From Octopus sinensis (Eukaryota), in assembly GCF_006345805.1 (NCBI RefSeq), contig NC_043004.1:27342001-27406000 (forward strand): a stretch of 64,000 nucleotides of DNA, in the 5' to 3' direction. Shown here one piece after another: positions 52,198 to 64,000 of this stretch; position 1 is the first letter of the stretch; every line of letters begins with the position of its first letter. A program made the position numbers and the translations under genes. A model generated the notes under the pieces. The model had not been told where the DNA came from. It did no database searches and saw nothing but the letters and a program-made list of their open reading frames with translations.

Positions 52198-54040
52198 TGC
52201 ATGTGTGTTGTGAAATGCTAGCAGCCACTGTGTTTCATCTAAGGGAGGTCCCTTTGAAGACATATAATGTTAAAAAATACAGTATACTTCAGAGATTGGT
52301 AAAATGAAATAATATGTATGTGTGTAAGACTATGAGTATGTTTGGGTTTGTGAGAACATATCTGGACATAGTTCTTTCCTTTAAGAGTGATGATACTTTG
52401 CTTTGAAACAGGTAAGGATTGATAACAGGAAGGGCGTCCAGCAGTAAAAAATCTGCCTCAGTAGACACTGACCAACCTATACAAGGTGGATGTTGAAAAA
52501 TCACACACACACACATGTGTGCACGTGCACACACAGATGTATATCGAGAGAAAGAGAAAGAGAGAGAGGTAATATATATAATCTTTTCATGAAATTCTAG
52601 CTCGTGCCATCAGAATATTATAGATGTTTTAAGTAGCTGCAAAAGCTTTTAGAAAGATATCTCCCAGATAAACACAGTAATATGATAATTTAGTTCTAAA
52701 ATAATATATACCTTATATCAGTAATAAGTATTAGCAGTAAATTCAGGCACTGTGGTAATTCTTCTAGAGTTATTTTAGGAAAAATAGTTTGAAGTGTCTA
52801 CTTAAGATGCTATATTTTATATCTAACTGAGTCAAAGAAGTTATCATTCCACTCAATTACACTTCGGTTTGGTTTTAAACTTTGAAGTCTGTTAAACAAT
52901 CTGTTCTAAATTCTTTTTCTTTTCTTTATTTTCTTTATTTATTTATTATTTTTTTTTTGGCTTCACTTCTCTGCTTGGTTAAACTGGTTAGAACTTCTTA
53001 GGCATTATTACGTATTCTTATTAAATTAAAAGGGAAAGCAAATTAGTCAATGCAGGCCATTCTTTGCATAGAAAAATAGATGAAGAATGACTGAAGGTCA
53101 ATAACAATTTCTAAATTCTCTAGTTAATTCTCCATAAAGTCAATAGAATTAACAATTTCTTTGAAATCTGGCCTTTTGTGATATTATCAAGGAATTTGGA
53201 GTAAAAAGTTATTTCTGAAAATTATTGTCTATTTATATTTGTTACAGAATAAAGTGTCTGGGGTGTTCTTTATGTAAATCCAACTTTTATTGTTATTCGT
53301 CTTACTGCTGTTTGTCTTGATTGAACCGACTACAAATTAAAGACATTCAATTATCAGGTGTACAACAAACAAATTTGATTATTCATACCTGTTTATCTCT
53401 CTCTTCTCTATCACTCTCTCCCTCTCTCTCTTTCTCTCTCTCTATATATATATATAGTGAGAGAGAGAGAGAAAGAGAGATGAACACGGGCGAGGGGACA
53501 GAGTGAGGGGAGGGTCATAGTGCGACTAAGAACAACGATCCACACACACACACACATTTACACACACACACAAATATAAATGTGCAAACACATGTGCATA
53601 TAAGGATATGCATCATAGAAGAACAGAATGGACTAAGCAGAGCAGGAGCACACATGAGGACGGAAAGTATCAGTGAAGAGGTCACAGATTTGTGATGAAA
53701 GATTTCTGGACAATGGACATAAGTTAAAAAAAAAGATCATTTATAAACAAGTGAAGAACAAATATATAGTGTTTGTGTTTATCTGACTCCCCCAAAATTT
53801 TTTTAATGAGTATCCCAAAATACAACAATATTTGTTTCAACACTTGGCTTCACATGAAGAATCTTGCAACACAAATTCATGTGTGCTTGTGTTAAAACAA
53901 AGACTGAATTTTATGGTATCACTCTTAATTCTGCAGTTACTATAGTTTCAGTGCAACATGGGAAATACATTTTATGAACATACATACAAATATTAATAAT
54001 AATATGAATATAGTGAATTCAAGATACAATCATATGTGTG

Positions 54041-54124
<84 letters not shown>

Positions 54125-54165
54125 CATCTATCTATCTATCTAACTAGTTAAGTATATATATATAT

Positions 54166-54889
54166 CTTCTTGTATCTTGAGATACTCTGGTATCTTGTTG
54201 CCATCATCTTTGTCTTCTTTCCAGCTACTCTCACCTACTTTCCTTTCTATAACCCCACCCTCTTTCTCTCTCTTAAATATCTGCTCTGAACAGTTTACGA
54301 ACAAAGATTTTCAAGGAAATTGAATTAAATTTATTCTGTATGCCTACCCAACAACATGACTACCTGCAAGATCATAACTTCAGAGAAAGGAAAAATCAAA
54401 GTCGTCAATCAAGAAAATTACATATACAGGGGTTGGACAAAATAATTAGGATATTGCCAAATATATAGTATTAACCTTATTTTTTGTGTACAGGGGTTGG
54501 ACGAAATAATGGAAGCACCTAGCATCATAGCATCACAATTTTGAAATATCTGTAAAACCATCAAAAGCTTGTTTATTTTATGTTCTTTGATTTATTATTA
54601 GTGTTGCTTAATATGTTTTGCTAAAATTGTTGTTTCCTCTCAGACATCATCAGAAAAAATCAATTAAAATTCACTAAAATGGCAGATCTATTGGACTTTC
54701 AAAAAGGTCAAATTGTTGGTGCTCATATGGCAGATGCTAGCATAATGAAAACAGCTAAAATGTTTGGTGTATCAAGAAGTACTGTCTCAAAAGTAATGAC
54801 AGCCTTTGAGAAAGAGGGAAAAGAGAGTAGCTGGAAAGAAGACAAAGATGATGGCAACAAGATACCAGAGTATCTCAAGATACAAGAAG
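54166..54889. repeat. Perfect 67-bp inverted repeat pair (54166-54232, 54823-54889)
   Basis: Base-by-base complementarity checked by eye. Confidence 0.95.
54425..54822 (+). mobile_element. Tc1-like transposon 5' end (TIR plus N-terminal HTH)
   Basis: TACAGGGGTTGGAC terminus present twice (54425, 54489). ORF from 54679 reads MADLLDFQKGQIVGA..TAKMFGVSRSTVSKV and is truncated at 54822. Confidence 0.85.
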
Positions 54890-55864
54890 GTGAATATAAG
54901 AGAGGATACAGACAGTGGATCAGTAAAAAGATGGGTCACTTTCATAAAGTGTTGGGTGAAGAGTAAAAGATGGTCAGAGGTACAGGCATGGCTGGTTTTA
55001 AGCCAAATTAGACAGCTTTGTTCAATAAGGTCCCCACACCAAGAGAGGGCCTTGTGCACATGCTCAGCTTGTAATAAAACATTTAAATTTTCATATGAGC
55101 TTTCAGTTTTTAATATATCATTGTGGATCACGGAGAAGCCACAAGCTCTCAACACTTTGTGGCTGGGATAGACATACTACAAATGCATAAACCATCAATC
55201 TTGAGCTTTTGTAGAGTAGAGGGCCCCACTGACATTTCTCTAATTGGGCTCTGGACTTCCTAGCACTGGCCTTGGCTACAGGCAGAGGTGAATGTAGTGA
55301 GTGATGAAACTGATTGTGATTGATGGGAAATATCCATATAGAGTAGAGATAAGGTAAGAGAAATAGAAATGACTCAAGAAGAGAGAGAGAGAGAGAGCAC
55401 TGGCTGAGGGCGCAAAAAGGATGTGACTGGTACAAAAAGTATGGGAAGGGATGATAATAAGAATGAGAACTGGAAGAGGTTCCAAGGTGGAAGATAACGG
55501 TAAGCACAAAGAAAGGTGGAGGATGCACCCAAATCCAAGGTCTCTCAAGACAATGGATGCCTACTATATCATATTGATCTCAAGTGGTTACAGCAGCAGA
55601 GTAGTACCCTAGATAGAGGAATGATGGGTGTTACATATGTCTTATAAGAAATAAAATGAAAAATGATACAGACAACAGCAAATTCAAGAGAAGCAAGGAA
55701 CAAGTTAATGTTCTTACTGATCTTATTCAGACCAAAATTGAAAATAAATCACTAAATATTTAGGGACAAATCTTGGAATATTCTACAACCAATTGCGTCG
55801 TATAAAAGGTAGAGTTATATACACACTAGTAGCATGAACATATTAGAACAAATCTATAGTGTTC

Positions 55865-56083
55865 TACAACTACCACCACCACCACCACCACCACCACCAC
55901 CACCACCACTACCACCACCACTGCCGCCGCCACTGCGGTCACTGCTGCTACTGCCATCACCGCTGCTGCTGCCGTTGCCGCCATAACCGCCACCGTCACT
56001 ACTACTACTACTACTACAACAACTACTACTACTACTACAACAACTACTACTGCTGCTGCTGCTGCTATTGCTGCTGCTGCTGG

Positions 56084-56117
<34 letters not shown>

Positions 56118-56160
56118 GCTGCTGCTATTGGTGCTGCTACTACTACTACTACTACCACTG

Positions 56161-56192
<32 letters not shown>

Positions 56193-56217
56193 GCTGCTGC
56201 TGCTATTGCTGCTGCTG

Positions 56218-56255
<38 letters not shown>

Positions 56256-56289
56256 GCTGCTGCTGCTACTATTGCTGCTGCTGCTGCTG

Positions 56290-56369
<80 letters not shown>

Positions 56370-56389
56370 ATTGCTGCTGCTGCTGCTGG

Positions 56390-56427
<38 letters not shown>

Positions 56428-56442
56428 TTACTATTACTACTA

Positions 56443-56512
<70 letters not shown>

Positions 56513-56590
56513 ACTACTACTACTACTGCTGCTGCTGCTATTGCTGCTGCCACTGCTGGCTGCTGCCACTGCTGCCACACCAACACCTCT
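55865..56590. repeat. Compound trinucleotide array (CAC/TAC/TGC) with higher-order pattern
   Basis: Recurrent blocks (TAC)n(TGC)n TAT (TGC)n. Confidence 0.95.
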
Positions 56591-57498
56591 GCCACCACAA
56601 CTGCATGAAACTTGTGTTTAACTGGTAGCTTGTCCCCTGTTACTAATTAGTGCTGTGTACCCTGACCATTAAATATATTCTTTATACATGTTCACTGACA
56701 AGCAGCAAAGTGGGAAATTGTTGCTATACTTACACACTTAACTCTTGTTTACTACTACTACTACTACTACTACTACTATTACTACTACTACTACTACCAC
56801 CACTCTTGTTTGGTTACTTGAACAGCTAGAAATAACAGCTAACCTCCTTCAAATTATGCCCACTTCACTGCATAAACAAGGATGGACACATTGTACTATG
56901 GGATAATGCAGTCCTAGAGAAAAAATGGGAGGGTCATGGTTGGAAAATCTTTAACTCCCAGAATTCTTTAACAACAGCAAAAATTGAACTACATTTGTTA
57001 TTGTTATTGTTGTTCTTCAGCCCTAAGTTAGTTCTGGTGAAGTAGGGCTATGATCAAAAGATGTTCAAGTCATGACGATCCCATTTATTGGCTGAATACA
57101 CCTAGGACTATATTATCCAGTGTATTTTTGCTTCTGTTTTTTAGGTTGGGTGACTTGATTGCTATTTCTTGTAGACCCAGCAACGTTAGTGGAAACTTCT
57201 AATGGTAGGGTAGGTGAATGGATAAATTAAGATACATGAAGGTAGCTTGTATTTTGTCACTTGTGGTTCTATGTACCCTGACTAGCATAGTTCATTCTCA
57301 GTCACAGTTTATAAAAGTAAGTGAGTGGGTAGATTAAGGTGGGCTAGGATAGTTTGTATCCTGTCACAAATGGTGTTGTATAACTTGATTTGAGTTGTTC
57401 TTTCTCTCTCATCCAGTTTACTAAGGTAGGTAGTGGGTAGACTAAGATAGATTAGGGTAGCTTGTACCCTATAACTAATGGTGCTGTGTATCCCAACC

Positions 57499-57730
57499 TA
57501 TTTCTTTACTACCCACAAGGAGCTAAACACAGTGGGGACAAATAAGGACAGACAAAGAGATTAAGTCGATTACATCGACCCCAGTGCGTAACTGGTACTT
57601 AACTTATCGACCCTGAAAGGATGAAAGGCAAAGTCAACCTTGACAGAATTCAAACTCAAAACATAACGGCAGACGAAATACGGCAACGCATTTCACCCGG
57701 CATGCTAACATTTCTGCCAGCTCGCCGCCT
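57499..57730 (-). mobile_element. SINE family B
   Basis: Matches 11239-11470. Flanking 17/18 duplication GTRCTGTGTATCCCAACC (57481-98, 57742-59). Confidence 0.92.
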
Positions 57731-57760
57731 TCAATGGTTGGGTACTGTGTATCCCAACCA

Positions 57761-57993
57761 TTAACCCTTTAGCATTGAAACCAGCCATAACCAGCTTAAA
57801 TATATCTTCCTGTTTTCTGTTCAAACCAACCAGATCTGGCCTCTCACACCTACCCTACAATGTCATTCTAAAAACAAACAATCATCATATCATCATAATC
57901 TTGAAGCTACGAGATAATGCATTATTAAATTAAAACAATCTGAAGCAATAAGCATTACATTTTGACAGAGTATTCTGAATGCTAAAAAGTTAA
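57761..57993. mobile_element. piggyBac-type MITE, second family
   Basis: TTAACCCTTTAGCATT and AATGCTAAAAAGTTAA ends. Confidence 0.8.
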
Positions 57994-58544
57994 ATATATT
58001 CTTTCTCTACGAATGTCTACTGCCAAGCACCAAGGTGAGAAATTGCTATTTATCATATCATTGTGCTTTTACCATTCCCTTTACACGTCTCTACCAACAA
58101 TAAATGTCACTCACTTCCAGGAATGTTGCCTACAATTGACAGTGATGATACCCAAGAAATGGTATATCTTCCATATTTTTAATATAACAGAGAATGCCTG
58201 GCAGGAAGGGGAAAGACTGGCAATAAATGCTACATTCCTTAACAGGAGGGATGAGAGATGGAGGGGAGAAGTGAGGAGAGATGGCTGGCTGGCAGTTGTA
58301 TAAAATGAGAAATGGAGGCACAATGTAACATTTAGATTGAATTGTCTTGAATGAGAATATATTAGATTTGGCTAAAATGATAAAGAGGGACAGGGTCTGT
58401 GGAAGACCAGAAGAACCAATTGGGAAGAATAAAAGTAGAAAAGGGTAATAAATACACAGACAAGTAAAATCATGTTTAATTTATTCTGAGTCACATGCAT
58501 ATATATGCACATACACACACAGACACACACATGCATGTGCATAC

Positions 58545-58586
<42 letters not shown>

Positions 58587-58741
58587 ATACATACATATGT
58601 TTATATATATGTATGTATATATATATTTATATATATATTTATATATATATATATATATAGTGTAATAAATAAAATATATGCATACATACAAACATATATG
58701 TACGTACCTACATCTACATGTATATATACATGCATATATAA

Positions 58742-58778
<37 letters not shown>

Positions 58779-59215
58779 GGTTCTATTTCAATGAATTGCA
58801 TATACATACACACATAGAGACCTAACTGTTTGTATGTATATATATATATATATATATGCATGTATGTCTATCTGTATGTATGTATGTATGTATGTATGTA
58901 TGTATGTATGTATGTATGTATGTATGTATTTTAGTATGTATGTTTATATTTATGCAAGTATATATGTTTATTTGTAAATGTATTTCCATAGAAACAAATC
59001 TGTATTTCCTTGTGCATAAATGTGTTTTGATATTACTATTATATGCACAAACACACACATACTCATTATTTTTCATTACCGTTATGTTAATGACTGAAGA
59101 AGATTGAAGAAAGGTCCAAATAGACAGCTGATAAATTGTTAACACACAGCAACAAAATGGAGGACACAGTCCACACTACCACCATCATCATCATCATCAT
59201 TAATAACAACAGCAA

Positions 59216-59250
<35 letters not shown>

Positions 59251-59624
59251 ATAGATAAATAAATAAGAAAAAAGCAAAAGCCACCAAATAAAGAGAACTA
59301 ACAAACAAAAAAGTGAAATAGCAAATGTGTTTGCAAAACGTTGAGAATGAAACCCCAAAAAAGTCAGTTAAGTGAATAGAGAAATCTTCTGTTCCATTGT
59401 GAAGAAAATGGTTAACAAACAGTAGACAGTAAAGAAAATGGAATCCTATATGTGATTTATAGGAAAGAGATCAAACAACATAGTTTCTCTTGCACATATC
59501 TGAGACAACCTGAAGATGAAAAACACAAACAAAATGTCAAAATAACTATCAAGTTGATATTCTTCAAGTATTTTATTTCAGACAAAATAAGTATTGGGAA
59601 ATATTGTTTATAATATCGAAAAAA

Positions 59625-59911
59625 CATTACATACATACATACACACATACATACATACACACATACATACACACACACATACATACATACATGCATACAT
59701 ACATACATACATACATACATACATACATACATACATACATACATACATACATACATACATACATACATACATACATACATACGCATATATAGATACTTAA
59801 GCATGTACATATATATATAAATCTGTGTGTAAACATATATATGTATAAGCACACACATATGTATGTGTATGTGTGTTGTCCAACTAGAATACAAACACTA
59901 AATGGTGATAA

Positions 59912-59996
<85 letters not shown>

Positions 59997-60042
59997 CATA
60001 TATATATATACATATATATATACATATATATACACATATATA

Positions 60043-60076
<34 letters not shown>

Positions 60077-60125
60077 CACAAACATACATGCACACACATT
60101 CATACATACATTAATGCACACATGC

Positions 60126-60170
<45 letters not shown>
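59625..60170. repeat. (CATA)n and (TA)n microsatellite complex
   Basis: Read directly from the sequence. Confidence 0.95.
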
Positions 60171-60175
<5 letters not shown>

Positions 60176-60824
60176 ACAGATAGACAGAGAGACGTTGACT
60201 TGCTAACACATTTGTATATAAGTGTACACAGATACGCTAACAGCAATTCATCGATGCAGAATGTAAGAGTAGATGGTTGGCCGAGTTTAGATATGTATAA
60301 ATAAGGATGTGTGTTTTTGTGTGTGCATATGTGTATGTATTTATAAATGTATTTGCTTCATACATACATTGTTTCTGTGATATTGTACAAATTTTTTCAC
60401 ATGTATAGATGAGTAGATGTTTAAACTTATTTGTTTTCACATTAGTTTTCCATACACGCATGGGTTAGAGGAATGCATTGTTGAGGCATTGATTTGCAGT
60501 TGGATACCCTTCTTGTTTGCTAACCTTTACCAGTTTTTCAAGCAAGAGATCTCCAATTTTACCTGCTTTTTTATGTAGAAATTCTGCAGAAAACTGGGTG
60601 ATAGAAGAAAAGACAGCAGAATTACTGGTTGTAACTTGCAATATTTTGGAGAATACACAAACTAACGGTTAGGCACACAGATGCATACACACACTCACAT
60701 ACATATATATGTATAAAAAGCAAGTCAAAAATGATGGTCGTTACATATTTATCCTTTAATAGAGCAAATTTGGCTTACAGCTGTTTCCAGTAGTATTTAT
60801 AGGTACATTACTGGTTGATATCTT

Positions 60825-61235
60825 TATCTTTTTTTTTATCTTTTACTTGTTTCAGTCATTTGACTGCGGCCATGCTGGAGCACCGCCTTTAGTCGAGCAA
60901 ATCGACCCCGGGACTTATTCTTTGTAAGCCCAGTACTTATTCTATCGGTCTCTTTTTGCCGAACCGCTAAGTGACGGGGAAGTAAACACACCAGCATCGG
61001 TTGTCAAGCAATGCTAGGGGGACAAACACAGACACACAAACACACACGCATACATATATATATACATATATACGACAGGCTTCTTTCAGTTTCCGTCTAC
61101 CAATTCCACTCACAAGGCATTGGTCGGCCCAGGGCTATAGTAGAAGACACTTGCCCAAGATGCTACACAGTGGGACTGAACCCGGAACCATGTGGTTGGT
61201 TAGCAAGCTACTTACCACACAGCCACTCCTGCGCC
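60825..61235 (-). mobile_element. SINE family A
   Basis: Young full-length copy. Confidence 0.95.
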
Positions 61236-61384
61236 TATATACTCACTTGGTCTATTGATTAGTTGCAAAAAATTGAACGACCTAAAAAAAATCAATGCTA
61301 CTTTCATCAGAGCTATTTCTGGTTATAACAAGCAGAACACAGAAGGAATGGTTATATATGTGCATGTATGTGTGTGTATGTAAA

Positions 61385-61724
61385 GGGTAAAGACGGGGTA
61401 AAGACACCCGTTGGTCATGAATGATTATGGGATAACACCTAGAAAGTTCATCTCTGAGGCACAAGTCTGGGCAAGGTTGTTTGTGGAAGACCAGCAGTTG
61501 CTCATGCATATCAGTCTCCCCTGTCCATGTCACCAATGTTGTCCAAGGGAAAGGCAAAGGCTGATACAGATTGGCAACAGTAGTGTTGCAACTCATTTTT
61601 ACAGGTGAGTGAACTGGAGCAACGTGAAATAAAGTGCCTTGCTCAAGAACACAACACACAGCCTGGTTCAGGAGTTAAACTCACAACCTCATGATTGTAT
61701 GCCCAATGCTCTAACCACTGAACC
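61385..61724 (-). mobile_element. SINE family D
   Basis: Matches 35982-36332. Confidence 0.88.
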
Positions 61725-62415
61725 ATTATGTATGTAAAAATTACCATCATCAGCATCATCATCATTTTAACATCCACTATTCCATGCTCTCATAGTTTGA
61801 ATGGAATGCGTTGCAGTAAATTTTCAATAACCATATATCCTTCCTGTCACCTTACCCTCACCTAATTCCAAATATGGTCATATTTCTCCATGAGCAGACA
61901 CGTTATCAGTGAAGATTCCAAAAGAAGGACACTGCTTTCATGACAGTGAGACAATTATCTGGCAATATCAAGGCAAAGAGACAGTAACACACACACACAC
62001 ACATACACACACATGCATGCACATTGGCAATGTGTTTCTGTCAGCTTCCAGTAACCGGATCCACTCATAAGGGTTTGGTTAGCTAGCAGCTATAGCAGAA
62101 GACACTTGCCCAAAGTATTATATAGTGAAACTGAACCCCAAATGATGTATCTTAGCACTCGGGCATACCTGTGTGATAGACATACCTGTACCTGTGTGTG
62201 CATTTGTGTATGTGTGTGTGTATATGCACAGAAAAATACATATATATATATCCCTCTTTATTTGTTCTCTACTTATTATTTCTTTACCCCTTCTCTTCCT
62301 AGTGTCTGCCTTTGACGTCAAATCTACTAACGTTTTTTTTAAATACTTAATAGCGTTCTGTTTATCATTTATGCAGTCATCAAAATTGTTATAATGTCTT
62401 GTTGTTGAGAGAGGC

Positions 62416-62513
62416 TCTCTTTCTTTCCTGATGAGAAGATTACATTTTTACACCGTTTATTCCTTTGGAATAAAACCGATGTTGTCTTCGAAACATATGT
62501 TGAAAGTAAAAGA
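62416..62513 (+). ncRNA. Type I hammerhead ribozyme motif with long stem II
   Basis: TCTCTTTCTTTC-CTGATGA(62428-34)-GAAGA..(55 nt stem II)..TCTTC-GAAA(62490-93)-CATATG-TT-GAAAGTAAAAGA. Stem III is the palindrome ACATATGT and the triplet is GUU. Confidence 0.82.
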
Positions 62514-62549
62514 ATTTGAATAGCATCTACGTTCAACTCCATTTATTTA

Positions 62550-62610
<61 letters not shown>

Positions 62611-62621
62611 GGATAGATAGT

Positions 62622-62698
<77 letters not shown>

Positions 62699-62699
62699 C

Positions 62700-62733
<34 letters not shown>

Positions 62734-62769
62734 GGGAGAGAGATACAGAAAAAGAGAGGTACACACATA

Positions 62770-63900
62770 GCTCTATTCTTTGTTATGGCCTGATTTTTTT
62801 ATGGCTGTATGCCCTTCCAAATGCCAACCACTGATTGTATATTGGTTTTCATGGCATCAGTATTAGTGGGATCACCAAATAACTTGCAAGACAAGACAAA
62901 GTCCCCTCAAATAGGAGGATTAGTATTGAGGTAGGTGGCTTTGTGTCAGAAGATGAGAGGTTAAAAGAGATAGAGATAGGTGTTTTGCTTTAGAAGAAAT
63001 ACAAGAATACTCCAGTTGGGGAAAAAGAGAGAAAGAGAGACTTAGGAATCTGGAGATGTAGAGAGTGACAGAGATGTGGAAGGATATGTATCAGGATAAC
63101 CTTCAAGCTCAACAAATGCTAAGTACAATGGTTTATTCTTAAGTAAATACTTTTTTTGTAGTTGCCTGGATATGAAAACAGCATCCATAGAGTTTCTCCC
63201 TAACAAAAGGCCAACCTGAATTTTATCTAGCCAAATTCTGTTTCCAATTATTTTGACTTATAACTCACTCTGCAACTTCCAGCAATTTGATGCGTCTATA
63301 ATTACTTCTATCTTAAGCATCTTTCTTACTCTTGTAGCAGAAGACTGTGATGCTGCTACACCAGTCACTGGGGATTGTACCTTCCTGAATAATCTGAATA
63401 ACTATACAGATGACAAGACCATATTGTACCCTCCCAGATATTTTAAGCCTCTCAGCAATAACTCCTGATTCCTTGTCTAAATACTTTTAATTATCTTATC
63501 TCTCATACTGCTGTCGACTAGGATAGCTGGTCCTTCTGTTGGTTTCACATAGGAAAGATTGCGTTTCTCCTATTCATTCTTCACATTTAATAGCCTTTCA
63601 TATTAGCTCTTCTGTGCCTCTTTCTTTTTCAGAATCATAAATGCAAGCATACCATTATCCATGACTGTTGAAGTCACCAGCTATGATGATAACATCACTG
63701 TTTTTTGTTGTCAAGGTAGTATGTAGAATGGATTCACAGAAATAGTTTTTCTGATCATCTGTCAGTCCTACATATGGGGCATATGCAAGGATAGAGGTTA
63801 CTATTACATTGAATAAGCTATTTTTTTTGCTTAATGCTCCTATCATGTACCCTGATTACCTAACTAACCTTAACAACCCATTTCTCTGCTGGAAGAATAC
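62770..63900 (-). mobile_element. Old RTE LINE composite (APE endonuclease remnant plus decayed 3'UTR module)
   Basis: ORF 63655-63846 AYAPYVGL..IIAGDFNSH matches the APE YAP and GDFN motifs. A degenerate terminal module lies at 62.8-63.0 kb. Confidence 0.75.
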
Positions 63901-64000
63901 CCACACCACCTACTCCATTACTGCTACCCACCCAGAAGAATTTGTATTTATGTTCCTTGCCCCAAAAGCAGTCTAGTTGAGGCTCCCCTCCATCGTACTT

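Noticed and set aside
55826-56628. Long ORFs (250, 249 and 186 aa) as protein-coding genes
   Set aside because: They are pure trinucleotide-repeat translations with no splice or start context. The same applies to the many YI/HT/CV-rich ORFs across the window.
59440-59535. Strong minus-strand polypyrimidine acceptor as a terminal exon
   Set aside because: All frames close within about 22 codons and no upstream exon could be linked.

Overview
AT-rich animal genomic DNA made up almost entirely of repeats. The SINE, LINE and microsatellite families look like those I associate with Octopus; this assignment is by recognition, not by search. I could not support any host protein-coding gene, tRNA or rRNA. 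Nearly all supplied ORFs are microsatellite read-throughs or decayed transposon frames. The window holds at least four tRNA-derived SINE families in many copies, 5'-truncated RTE-type LINEs with (ATG)n tails, CR1-like LINE ends, one restriction-like-endonuclease (HERO-type) LINE end, mariner and Tc1 remnants, and hAT- and piggyBac-type MITEs. The most notable signal is catalytic RNA. Four type-I hammerhead ribozyme motifs (about 6.7, 13.5, 31.1 and 62.4 kb) lie in Penelope-like remnants that form foldbacks and end in (TA)n tracts. Two of these define a family with an unusually long (about 55 nt) stem II. The HERO-type 3'UTR at 16.7 kb also contains all hammerhead core words in a reversed, pseudoknotted order, which is an untested hypothesis. 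Boundaries were read by eye and may be off by a few to tens of bases.
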